From an uncultured Acidobacteriaceae bacterium (GTDB taxonomy: Bacteria; Acidobacteriota; Terriglobia; Terriglobales; Acidobacteriaceae), in NCBI GenBank assembly GCA_964246835.1, contig CAXTRT010000019.1:5918-69917 (forward strand): a DNA stretch of 64,000 nt, read 5' to 3'. Numbering within the stretch: position 1 is the stretch's first letter; every line of letters starts with the position of its first letter. Below the pieces are notes generated by a model. That model did no database searches. It was not told the DNA's origin and worked only from the letters and a program-made list of their open reading frames with translations. Positions 38,941 to 48,700 of this stretch are shown here, in pieces. The position numbers and the translations under genes are program-made.

Positions 38941-39013
38941 AGAAAAGCAAAGGCGAGAGGACGGGCTAGTGCGTAGTGCTAGCTTCCGCTACCGCGTAGT
39001 GCGAGGGCTTCCT

Positions 39014-39259
39014 TTATGGCTCGAGATGGAAGCTGTACTCCTCGATCACGGGGTTGGTGAGGACCTCGCGGGCGATGCGATCGACCTCCGCTTGCGCCTC
39101 GGTTTCGGTCAGGGACGATGCCAGCGTGAGCACGAAGTACTTGCCCTGCCGCACGTCGTCAACGCCTTTGTAGGACATGCGAGCGAGCGCTTCGGCGACC
39201 GTCTTTCCCTGCGCATCGAGTACCGTACGTTTCAATGTGACATAGACATGAGCCTTCAT
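39014..39259 (-). CDS. purS: phosphoribosylformylglycinamidine synthase subunit PurS
   Basis: 81 aa, MKAHVYVTLKRTVLDAQGKTVAEAL...VLTNPVIEEY. Confidence 0.85.
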   Translation of the reverse strand: MKAHVYVTLKRTVLDAQGKTVAEALARMSYKGVDDVRQGKYFVLTLASSLTETEAQAEVDRIAREVLTNPVIEEYSFHLEP

Positions 39260-39426
39260 CGTGACTGATTATAGAGGCGTGGGCTGGTTCCTACCCGCAC
39301 CGGGCGTACGGTTTACCTGCCTGTTGACGATAGGGCCGCGGCAGGTTTTCCCTGTTTCAGGTGCATGCCGCGCCGGCGATCGCCAGGCTTACATACCTCA
39401 GCAAAGAGAGACGAGACTCCAAAACG

Positions 39427-39972
39427 ATGCCGAACTACCTTGAGCTTCCAATTGGGCCGAAATCGCCCGACGTGATCAATGCTGTGATTGAAATTCCGCT
39501 CGAAGGGATCAACAAGTACGAGTACGACAAGGAGCTGGGGGTCTTCCGGCTGGACCGCAACCTGTACTCGCCGGTGCACTACCCGGGCGACTATGGCTTT
39601 ATCCCAAGCACGCTGGGCGAGGACGGCGACCCGCTGGACGTGCTGGTGCTAGTGGATGCCGGCAGCTTTCCCGGGTGCGTGATGGAGGCGCGGCCAATCG
39701 GCGTGCTCGACATGCTCGACCAGGGGTTGGGCGATGAGAAGGTGCTTTGCGTCGGCAAGGGCAACCCGCGGTATCACGATGTGAACGACTACTCGCAGAT
39801 CTACCCGCACATGCTGAAGGAGATCACGCACTTTTTTGCCATCTATAAAGATCTTGAGGGCAAGCGGGTCGAGGTTAAAGGGTGGCGTGACGCCTCGGTT
39901 GCCAAGCAGAAGGTGCGTGAGGCGCAGCAGCGGTATATTGACAGCCTTGCCGGGAAGACTGGCGCGAAGTAG
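39427..39972 (+). CDS. ppa: inorganic pyrophosphatase (family I)
   Basis: ATG 39427. VIEIPLEGINKYEYDKE, YPGDYGFIPSTLGEDGDPLDVLVL. Confidence 0.92.
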   Translation: MPNYLELPIGPKSPDVINAVIEIPLEGINKYEYDKELGVFRLDRNLYSPVHYPGDYGFIPSTLGEDGDPLDVLVLVDAGSFPGCVMEARPIGVLDMLDQGLGDEKVLCVGKGNPRYHDVNDYSQIYPHMLKEITHFFAIYKDLEGKRVEVKGWRDASVAKQKVREAQQRYIDSLAGKTGAK

Positions 39973-40030
39973 GGTTTGCTAGTGAAGCGCGTCCTAGTGT
40001 GCCGCTTCGAAAGCAAGAGCAATACAACGA

Positions 40031-40099
40031 CGAAATACAGAGATCTCTCCGCGGCGACGTGCGATGAAACTGCACGCCTCCGGTCGATATGACGGCTTT
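40031..40099 (+). repeat. dispersed intergenic repeat, family 2 (CGAAATAC.GAGATCTCTCC ... CGGTCGA.ATGACGGCTTT)
   Basis: Shares both end blocks with 53978-54045; the middle section diverges. It lies between the convergent ppa and permease genes. Confidence 0.7.
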
Positions 40100-40131
40100 A
40101 CCAGAGGATGGTCTCGGTCTGGAGGTTGGTC

Positions 40132-41511
40132 TCAGCCTGCTGGCCGCTTCGCTTTGCCCCTGCCCGCAGCCCAGAAGACCGCCGGGCCGGCAAGCGCGAC
40201 CAGGGCCGCGAAGCCGAGTGCGGGGAGACCCGCCACGCGCTCTCCGCGAGCCGCCCACAGGGCAAACGCCACGAGCGCAACCGGACCTGCCGCGACCAGC
40301 CATGCGCCCGGCCAGCCGCCGGGAACGCGAAAGGGCCGTGCCATCCCCGGCTCACGGCGGCGCAGGAGCAGCAGGGCGAGGAACTCCAACAGCAACGCCC
40401 CGCCGTAGAGCACGAGATCGATTGAGATCAGCCGCTCAAAGCTGAAGGTCAGCGCCAACGCCCAGGCACCACTGCATACAAGCACGCTGACCCACGGAAC
40501 GCCGTTTGCCAGACGACGCGCGAACAGCCGCGGCAGCAGGCCGTCTTCCGCCATGGCGAAGGGCACACGCGTGAGCGAGAGCACCAGTGCGTTGAAGGTG
40601 CCCAGGCCGTCAAGCGACCCGGCCAGAACGACGGCCAGCGCCAGCACCCCGCCACCCAGCAGACCTGCCGCATCCACCCAGGCGCCGGTCGAGAAGCGCG
40701 CAGCCGGTATGCCCACGCGCCACACCGCGATGAGCGGCAGCAGGTAGACGCAGCTCACCAGCGCGGTCGCGGACAGCATCGCGCGCGGGTAGTTGCGCTG
40801 GGGATTGTCTACCTCCTGCGCGATGGTCGACGCGTTGTCCCAGCCCATGTAGTTCCACAGCGCGACCAGCAGCGCGGCGGGGAGATCCGGATGCAACGGC
40901 GCGGCGGCCGACGCGGCGGAGACAGTGTGGCCCGCGATGCGCCACGCGGCCAGTCCAAGCAGCACGATGAAAGGTGACAGCGAGAGCGCCATGAGGCGCA
41001 GCGATCCGCTTCCGACCGATACCGCACCGCGCAGGTTCCACAGACAGGCGATGCCGACGATGGCGAACTTCAGCAGCAGGCCGCGGTGTCCGGCGGTGAG
41101 CACGGGGGCCACTCGCGACAGATAGAGCACAAAGGTTGTGGGGTAGATGGCCATGTCAAAGATGCTGGCGGCGAGCGACAGCCAGCCCTCCTGAAAGCCC
41201 CAGAACGGACCCATGGCGCGGGCGACCCAGTGATAGAAGCCGCCCTCTTCGGGCATGGCCGTCGCCAGCTCGCCGATCATGAGCGAGACTGGCAGGCTCC
41301 AGAAGACCGGCACCAGCAGCAACAGGAGGATGGCGCGGCCGTAGCCCGCTGAGCCGATGATGTCCTCCAGGCCATATGGGCCGCCCGAGACCATGAAGTA
41401 AGTCGCCGCGATGAGCGGCAGCAGACGCAGCTTGCCGGGACGTAGCTTCGTTCCAGACCGGCCCACCGTGTGCTGGTTCCCCTCTCGTGCCACGAAAGTC
41501 GTCGCAGACAT
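40132..41511 (-). CDS. APC superfamily amino acid/polyamine permease
   Basis: 459 aa with about 12 hydrophobic segments. N-terminal FMVSGGPYGLED pattern typical of APC transporters. Confidence 0.8.
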   Translation of the reverse strand: MSATTFVAREGNQHTVGRSGTKLRPGKLRLLPLIAATYFMVSGGPYGLEDIIGSAGYGRAILLLLLVPVFWSLPVSLMIGELATAMPEEGGFYHWVARAMGPFWGFQEGWLSLAASIFDMAIYPTTFVLYLSRVAPVLTAGHRGLLLKFAIVGIACLWNLRGAVSVGSGSLRLMALSLSPFIVLLGLAAWRIAGHTVSAASAAAPLHPDLPAALLVALWNYMGWDNASTIAQEVDNPQRNYPRAMLSATALVSCVYLLPLIAVWRVGIPAARFSTGAWVDAAGLLGGGVLALAVVLAGSLDGLGTFNALVLSLTRVPFAMAEDGLLPRLFARRLANGVPWVSVLVCSGAWALALTFSFERLISIDLVLYGGALLLEFLALLLLRRREPGMARPFRVPGGWPGAWLVAAGPVALVAFALWAARGERVAGLPALGFAALVALAGPAVFWAAGRGKAKRPAG

Positions 41512-41583
41512 AAATCTACGCGTTCCGGGACAAGCGCGCGGAGGTCCAAGCTATAATCAGCGCAGCCGAAGCAGGACCCGCGT

Positions 41584-41676
41584 GGAGAGTTGGCCGAGTG
41601 GCTGAAGGCGGCGGTTTGCTAAACCGTTATAGGACCAAAAGTTCTATCGGGGGTTCGAATCCCCCACTCTCCGCCA
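41584..41676 (+). tRNA. tRNA-Ser (anticodon GCU), CCA encoded
   Basis: Hand-folded. Acceptor GGAGAGT/ACTCTCC, anticodon stem GCGGT/ACCGT with loop TTGCTAA, long variable arm ATAGGAC-caaaa-GTTCTAT, T-arm GGGGG-TTCGAAT-CCCCC, discriminator G, then CCA. Confidence 0.9.
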
Positions 41677-41862
41677 TTGCACGATCGGCTGGTGAAGGGA
41701 CCGAGGCTCGCGGGCGTGGAAGCCGGGATGGCCTTCCTGCCTACGTTCGTGGAGCGCTTCAACGAACGCTTCGCGATTATGCCGGTGAAGCCCGACAACC
41801 TTGATCGCACCCTAAACGTACCGGCATCAGATGTCGCGGTTCTACCTTTATCCGTGACTTGA
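41677..41862 (+). pseudogene. transposase remnant (C-terminal ~60 codons; ISNCY/IS1202-group-like by motif recall)
   Basis: DRLVKGPRLAGVEAGMAFLPTFVERFNERFAIMP resembles the RLVKELRLxGI...FLPxFxxxFNxRFA block after the rve domain of ISNCY-type transposases. It begins on the nucleotide after the tRNA CCA and has no catalytic domain. Confidence 0.45.
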
Positions 41863-41920
41863 TTAACCGCTATCCTCTTTTTTGAGAGCTGATCCGGATC
41901 TGTCTTTCATGTGCGCCGAC

Positions 41921-43858
41921 TTACGCCAGCTTCCAGTACACCGAATAGCGATCGCGCGTGATCTTCGCCAGCGGCAGAAACCGTATCTTGCCCGCGCTTG
42001 ATTCCAGGGTAAATTCGAGCGGTCCCGTCTGGGTCGTCCTATCCGCGCCCAAACGCGCGAGTGTTGGCACCGCCGGGTCAGGCACATTTGCATACTGAAG
42101 CTGGTCGCCGGCAGCATATGGGGTAGAGGACGGCAGATCGTTGCGGCCAAGCAAGCCGGCCAGCACAATGGGGCCATACAGCACCGCCTGAAGCGAGGGG
42201 TCGTCTCGCATGGGCTCGAGCGACAGCCGCATCGGCAGCTCCGCGGTCACGGTATCCCCTGTGCGCCACATACGATCCAGCTTCACGTACGATCCCGGCT
42301 TGCTGCTGCCCGCGCCCTTGCCATTCACCTTGACCGCAAACCCGCTTCCCGCCCATTGCGGATGCCGAAGCAGAAGTGTTGCCCGCACCGGGCGATCGCA
42401 CGTCACCTGCCAGCGACTCCGCGGCTCCTCCGGAAAGCGGGTTGTCTGCAGCACCCGCATTCGTTTGCTATCCCACACCACCTCAGACGCTACGAACTGA
42501 TTGATCCACAACACGTCATCCGATTGGAAGTAGAGACTCTCGCCATACTTGGCGTGATTCTCCATGCCCGTGCCAACGCAACACCAGAACGAGTCAAAAG
42601 GCTTGCTGAACGTCTTGAAGTGACCCGGCTTCAGCGACATATAGTACGTCATGCCGGGCGAGACGGTGTCCAGTGAGGCAAGCAGGTCGTTCCACAGCAC
42701 TCGTTCGCCATACGCCGCCAGCACCTCACGCGGCTCGCCGGCAAATAAGCGGTCTGTCAGTTTGAGCATGTTGTAGCTGTTGCAAGTCTCGGCCGTTGCT
42801 GGCGAAAGATTCTGCGCCATCTGCCCAATTGGGTAGAAGTGCTCCTTGTCGCTGTCACCACCGATCACGTAGGACCGTCGCTCGGTCACAGTCTTCCAGA
42901 AGAACTCGCCACCCCGCTGCGCCGCCTTGTCCCCGCTCACCTCATACTGCCTATACAGTCCCAGCACCGTCGGAATCTGTGTGTTCGCGTGCAGACCGTC
43001 TAACCTGTCCTGCTCCCGCGTTAGCGGCTGCAGCACCACGCGATGGTTGAACCGCCGGGAGAGCGTCAGGTAGCGCTCATGCCCCGTAAACCCGTACATA
43101 TCAGCAAAGATTTCATTGACGCCACCGTGCTCATCCTCCAGCATTCTCTGCATCTCGGCGTCGCTGAGTCGGTCAGTCAGAGCGTAGCTCCAGTCACTGA
43201 ACCCGGTCAGCACCACCAGCGCCTCCGGATTGCCCGCATACACATACGCATCCCGGAGCCCCGCCATCATTTTGTGCAGCATGTACCACGGCGCATGAAT
43301 CCCGTTCAGCTGTCCCCTTACAAAATAGATCTTTCCTTTGCCGATCTCTCCGAAGATGCGCTTCGCGTCAGCAACTCCGCCTACATAGCCGTCGCCATTC
43401 GCACGCTGGCACTCCGCAAGTTGGCTGACCATGTAGCTCTGTCGCTGATAAAAGGTCGTCTCGCCCGTCGCTCGAGCGTACATGGAACAGGCTGAAAGAT
43501 AGTGGCCCAGCATCCGTCCTACCCTCTCCTCCCATCCGCCATAGGGTTCTGCCTTTGCCTTCAAACCCGCTGTCGTGCGGTAGTAGTACAGGAAGCGGTC
43601 CGGATCGAGCGATACGAGGTACGCTCGATTCCGTTCCATGCAATCGCGAAACGGTCCGTCCTGAAGCCGCACCTTATCCAGCGTCAACAGCTGTGCCACC
43701 CGCTGATTGCTTCCCGGCCTCTCAGCATGCGGATTGATCGCTGTGCCCTGTGCCAGACTCGCCATTGAAGGCGAGAAGATCGTCATTCCGGCTGCCACGT
43801 TGGCCGACTGGACCAGCAGCTGCCTCCGGGTCAACTCAAGCTTCTCCTTCATGCTCAT
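41921..43858 (-). CDS. glycoside hydrolase family 127 (beta-L-arabinofuranosidase-like), Tat signal
   Basis: ATG 43858 (GGAGAG 6 nt upstream) gives MSMKEKLELTRRQLL. AETCNSYNMLKL and FWCCVGTGMEN match the Glu/Cys Zn site and Cys nucleophile context of HypBA1-type GH127. Confidence 0.85.
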   Translation of the reverse strand: MSMKEKLELTRRQLLVQSANVAAGMTIFSPSMASLAQGTAINPHAERPGSNQRVAQLLTLDKVRLQDGPFRDCMERNRAYLVSLDPDRFLYYYRTTAGLKAKAEPYGGWEERVGRMLGHYLSACSMYARATGETTFYQRQSYMVSQLAECQRANGDGYVGGVADAKRIFGEIGKGKIYFVRGQLNGIHAPWYMLHKMMAGLRDAYVYAGNPEALVVLTGFSDWSYALTDRLSDAEMQRMLEDEHGGVNEIFADMYGFTGHERYLTLSRRFNHRVVLQPLTREQDRLDGLHANTQIPTVLGLYRQYEVSGDKAAQRGGEFFWKTVTERRSYVIGGDSDKEHFYPIGQMAQNLSPATAETCNSYNMLKLTDRLFAGEPREVLAAYGERVLWNDLLASLDTVSPGMTYYMSLKPGHFKTFSKPFDSFWCCVGTGMENHAKYGESLYFQSDDVLWINQFVASEVVWDSKRMRVLQTTRFPEEPRSRWQVTCDRPVRATLLLRHPQWAGSGFAVKVNGKGAGSSKPGSYVKLDRMWRTGDTVTAELPMRLSLEPMRDDPSLQAVLYGPIVLAGLLGRNDLPSSTPYAAGDQLQYANVPDPAVPTLARLGADRTTQTGPLEFTLESSAGKIRFLPLAKITRDRYSVYWKLA

Positions 43859-43896
43859 ATACACTCTCCGCACTCCAGTACGCCGAAGGAGCGCGC

Positions 43897-45549
43897 ATGC
43901 GCTACCATGCGCAGCAGACCTTATCAACGCTCATATCTGTACACGGCAGACTGGAGTTTGTGAAGCGAAACCTTTTTATGCAGGATCTCTGGCCCGTTTT
44001 ACGCTTCATCGCCCAAACTATCGCGTGCTTCCCAGATGAAGTCAGCACCTCGCTTCCTCTCGCGAAAAAAGCATTTCGACACCCTCCTGGTCTTCGTCTG
44101 TCGGGCGCCCTGCTCATCTCCTCGCTCGTCGCGCTCTGCTCGGCGTCCTCTCGCGCGGTCCTGGCGCAGTCCGCCTCCGCCCTCTCCGCCGCAGTCGAGC
44201 AGCTGCACGCCGGACACCCCGAGCAAGCAGTCGCCACGCTTGACACCGCGCTCCGGGCTGATCCGCGCAACCTAAAGGCGGCTACGCTGAAAGGCATTAT
44301 CCTTGATCAGGAAGCCCGACCGCAGGAAGCGCTTCGCACACTGAACCAGGCGCTCGCTATCGAACCCGACTACATCCCCGCACTCCAGGCTTCGGCGCAG
44401 ATTCGCTACCGGACCCATGATCCTCAGGTAAACGCAGTGCTGCAACATCTCGTCGATCTTCAGCCTGGCGACAAAACGGCCCATGCGATGCTGGGAAGTC
44501 TCGCCGCTCAGCAGCGGAACTGTGCCATCGCCGTTCAGGACTTCCGCCTCGCCGAAGCTGCTTCCTCCTCCGACCCAATCCTGCTCCAGCAAGACGCAGC
44601 CTGCCTCGCCGATCAGAAGCTTTATCGCGAGGCCCTCCCGATTCTCGACAAGCTGCTCGTTCTTAAGCCCGACGACACGGAGCGTCGCTACAACCTCGCT
44701 CTTGCTCAATTCCTTACCGGCGATCCATCGTCCGCCGCCGCCACTCTGGCACCGCTCTGCACCGCGCAAAGCTGCCCGGCCGACCTGCTCGGTCTGGCCG
44801 TCGATACGGCCCAGGCCTCCGGGCAGACCCCATCTGCCATAGCGCTGCTGCAGGGCGCGATCCGTCGCGCGCCTGACGACCGTGAAAACTACCTTCGCTT
44901 CGCCTCTGTGGCAAACGATAATGCCTCCTTCCGCGCCGGCATCACCATGCTTGATCTCGGTCTGTCCCGGCTTCCTCGCGCGGCTTCGCTCTACCTCGCG
45001 CGTGGCGTTCTTTACAGCCAGTTAGCAGACTACGATCGCGCCATTCGGGACTTTGCTCAGGCGAACAGCCTCGATCCACAGCTTGGCCCGGTAAGTGCGG
45101 CCCGCGGGGTGCTCGAGTCGCAGCAGCACCATGACGCCGCCGCCATCGAAACCCTGCGCAGCTCCGTGCGGCTGCATCCCGATGATGCCCTCGCGCCCTT
45201 TCTGCTGGCCGAGGCTCTCTCGGAGACGGACTTTAGCCAGAACCGCGCAGAGGCAATCGCCGCCGCAACGCGTGCGATCACCCTCGATCCAACCCTGCTT
45301 CCAGCGCGCGATCTGCTTACCGGCCTCTATCTGCAACAGCAGAATCTCCCGTTGGCGCAGCAGCAGGCGGAGCTTGCTCTGCAGCAGGATCCGACCGATC
45401 AGCAGGCCGTCTACCACCTCATTCTTGCGCTCCGCCGGACTAATCGCAAAGCCGAAGTACCCGCCCTGGCGAAACGCCTCGCCGAGCTGCGGGAAGCCGA
45501 TGCAAACTCCCACCCTCGCTACAGTCTCTCTATTCCATCTCCGGAGTAG
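43897..45549 (+). CDS. tetratricopeptide repeat protein, membrane-anchored or secreted
   Basis: Multiple TPR units (LKGIILDQEARPQEALRTLNQALAIEPDY and others) and a hydrophobic segment LSGALLISSLVALCSA. ATG 43897 has AAGGAG 5 nt upstream; the alternative start is ATG 43978. Confidence 0.7.
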   Translation: MRYHAQQTLSTLISVHGRLEFVKRNLFMQDLWPVLRFIAQTIACFPDEVSTSLPLAKKAFRHPPGLRLSGALLISSLVALCSASSRAVLAQSASALSAAVEQLHAGHPEQAVATLDTALRADPRNLKAATLKGIILDQEARPQEALRTLNQALAIEPDYIPALQASAQIRYRTHDPQVNAVLQHLVDLQPGDKTAHAMLGSLAAQQRNCAIAVQDFRLAEAASSSDPILLQQDAACLADQKLYREALPILDKLLVLKPDDTERRYNLALAQFLTGDPSSAAATLAPLCTAQSCPADLLGLAVDTAQASGQTPSAIALLQGAIRRAPDDRENYLRFASVANDNASFRAGITMLDLGLSRLPRAASLYLARGVLYSQLADYDRAIRDFAQANSLDPQLGPVSAARGVLESQQHHDAAAIETLRSSVRLHPDDALAPFLLAEALSETDFSQNRAEAIAAATRAITLDPTLLPARDLLTGLYLQQQNLPLAQQQAELALQQDPTDQQAVYHLILALRRTNRKAEVPALAKRLAELREADANSHPRYSLSIPSPE

Positions 45550-45655
45550 ATCTGCCGGGTCAGCGGCTGGAACTCCACCGTCGCTTACAGCCCGGGGCCT
45601 TCTGCCGCTTCCCAAGCTCCGCCAGAGGCATTGCAACTTCATAAAAACATTTTTC

Positions 45656-45684
45656 TTGACAGATCCTGTCAGCGCCTTCTAAAT
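45656..45684 (+). promoter_or_regulatory. sigma70-like promoter candidate with overlapping 6-3-6 inverted repeat
   Basis: TTGACA-N17-CTAAAT about 100 nt upstream of ATG 45785. TGACAG-atc-CTGTCA (45657-45671) overlaps the -35. Confidence 0.4.
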
Positions 45685-45733
45685 TCCGTGGGCGTTCCCA
45701 ACGAGAGCGTGTGTTGCTCCGAACTCATGTTTC

Positions 45734-45743
45734 AAAACGTTTT
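45734..45743 (+). promoter_or_regulatory. AAAACGTTTT palindrome with central CG (LacI/GalR-type operator candidate)
   Basis: Perfect 10-bp palindrome between the promoter candidate and the receptor start codon. A LacI-family gene follows the receptor. Confidence 0.35.
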
Positions 45744-45784
45744 TCTGTAGCCTGCGCCTGCAATCGAAGGTCTCGAGGTCTCTG

Positions 45785-48700
45785 ATGGTTCATTCGTTTC
45801 GTGCTCTCGTCGTCAGCGTCAGCAGCGCTCTGCTTCTGCTTGCTATGACAGCCTCCGCCCAGTTCGGCGCTAATGTCCAGGGCACCACACAGGATGTCGC
45901 CGGCGCTACCCTGCCTGGAGCAACGGTCTCCCTGCTGAACAAAGACACCTCGGTGTCGCAAACGACCTCCTCCAACAGCGATGGCGCCTTCCGCATCAAC
46001 AGCCTCGCGCCGGGCAACTACGCCATTACTGCCACTGCCGCCGGCTTCGCTACCCAGACCATCAACTTCATCCTGCAGACCAACGAGCAACGCAACGTGC
46101 CCTTTGCCCTTGCCGTCGGTCAGGTCGCCACCACGGTTGACGTGACCTCGCAGGCGCCACTGCTCGACACCTCCGATAGCCGCAACCAGCAGACGCTCAA
46201 CCCCAAAGCTCTTGAAGAGCTCCCTGTTGGCGCCCGCAATCCAACCTCCCTGCTTACGCTCACGCCCGGAGTTGTTGGAAAGGGCGCCAGCAATGGCTCC
46301 GTCAATGGTCCCGCCGTTAACTTCAACTCCGAAAACTACGTCGACGCCAGCGCGAACGGGCGCGGCGCGAACGGCAACCAGTACGTCGTCGATGGCCTGG
46401 ACGCCACCAGCAACGCGCGAGCCGGCGTGCTCAATCTCACACCCAACGTCGACTCGCTGTCCGAAATCACCGTTCAGGTCAACCGCTACGATGTGGACTA
46501 CGCTCGAACCAGTTCCATCCAGACCGTGATGACCACCCGAAGTGGATCGCAAGACTTCCACGGCTTCGCCAGCGCCTACTACACCTGGCAGGCGCTTTGG
46601 GCAAAGCCCGACTTCGCCGCCGTCAAGTATCCCCCCTTTCACATCCTCAATACCTCGTTTGGAGTCGGCGGTCCCATCCTCCGCAAGCACAAGCTCTTCT
46701 TTTTTGCCTCCATTGAGCCTTACCGTGCCATCACCACCAACACCGCCGCCGTGCAGAGCTTTGAGGATCCCGCCTTCGTCAGCTTCGCCCAGCAAACCAT
46801 GCCGAACAGCTTTGGCACAACCGTGCTGACGAAGTACCCCGTCTCCAAGGTCACGGTGACCGGTGTCTCAAAGACCGCCGCTCAGCTCTTCGGTGCAAAC
46901 GTCTGCGGCACGCCCGCCGCCGACAACATCCCCTGCGGTCTGCCCGTCATCGACAGCGGCACCTTCGGCGCTTTGAACTACACGCACGCCAAACAGTACA
47001 GCGGCCGCATCGACAAGTACTTCACCAAGGACCGGCTCTACGGTACGATCTTTCGCAACACCCTGCTGAACAGCACCGCAGCTGCCCGTTCCGCGTTTAC
47101 CGGCACGAACCCCTCTTATGGCCTCGCCGGCCAGGTAAATGAAACCCATGACTTCTCCGCGAAGACGCTCAACGAGGCAGGCTTCGCCGCGCTTCGCGTC
47201 GAAGGGGTCAACAATCAGACTGGCACCTTCACCGTCCCCGTCATCAACATTACCGGTCTCGGCACCGGCTTTGGCCAAGGCAGCCCACTCCAGGACTTCG
47301 TCCAGCACAGCTATCACTGGCGCGATGTGCTCAGCCGCGTCGTCTCGACCCATAGCTTCAAATTTGGTTACGAAGGCCTGCACGGTAAGCAGGAGAGCTT
47401 CTTCGCTCCGGTCGGCGCGCAACCCTCAATCACGTACACCAACCTGATCAACTTCATCAACGACAATCCTTACAGTGAGACCAACCTCTCCTACGACTCG
47501 CTCACCGCGCAACCCTCTCCCTCGCAGAACTTCTACGCCATCTCCTCCTGGGGGCTGTTCGCCGAGGACACTTGGCAGGCGACGCGCCGGCTCACGCTCA
47601 ACTACGGCATCCGCTACGATAACTTCGGCAACGCCGAACCTATTGAAGGCACCAAGTTCTCGAACTTCTACCTAGGCTCCGGCTCGTCCCTCACCGAGCG
47701 CGTCACCGACGGTGTTCTTAAGTCGCAAAGCCACTACTTTCAGCACGATCTGAACTGGATCTTCAGCCCTCGTGTGGGTGCCGCCTTCGATCCCTTTGGC
47801 AATGCTCAATACGTTGTCCGCGGTGGCTTCGGTCTTTATCACGACTACTTCAACATCAACAACGCTGTCGGCGGCGCGAAGACCAACCCGCCCAGCTACG
47901 TCGTGCCCACCTTCTTCAACGATGGCTCGACCGCGCCGCCCATTCTTGGCTTTGGCACCTCGAACACCTACCCCTTCGGCTTTCAATACCCGAAGTTCGT
48001 CGGTCAGACTCTGGATAGTAAAGGCGGCATCGTCGGCTCGCAGATCGGCATCGGCGGCTCCTACCAGGACCTGAAGCCGCAGACCTCGATGATCTACTCC
48101 ATCGGGATCGAGCGGCAGCTCGGTCGCAACATGGTCGCCAGCGCAACCTACTCCGGATCGCACTCCTATAATCTCTGGACCGCCGGCATCAGCCCCACCT
48201 CCACCTTCTATGGGCAGGATGTTAACGTCTATGCCGGAGATCTCATTCAGCACATTAACTGCAAGGTCACTCCGGCAAGCGGAACCACAGCTGCGACCAG
48301 CAGCTGCACCGGCAAGCTCACCCGGCCCAACACCAGCTTCGGTGCGATCACCTATACGCTGAACGGCGCGCGGCAGAACTACGATGCCTTCATCGTTGCT
48401 GTAAAGGGCCGCTTCGCCCAACGAGCCTTCCTGACTGCATCCTATACACGCTCGCGCGATCAGGACAACGCCTCCGCGTATCCCACAACGCAGACCGATC
48501 TCTACTACGGCCCGTCGAACTACGACGTTCCGAATCGGTTCTCGCTTGGAGCGACCTACTCTCTGCCCGGTTTTCATAATGACGCCGGCCTGCTCGGCCG
48601 CCTCACCGGCGGGTACACCCTCTCGGCGATCGTCGCCCTGCAGTCAGGGCAGCCCTTCACCGTCATCACCACCACACCGTTCTCCGCTACGCTCAAGGAT

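Noticed and set aside
45725-48577. 356-aa and 301-aa minus-strand ORFs
   Set aside because: They are antisense to the second TonB-dependent receptor. Their Gly/Val/Asp-rich composition mirrors the receptor codons.
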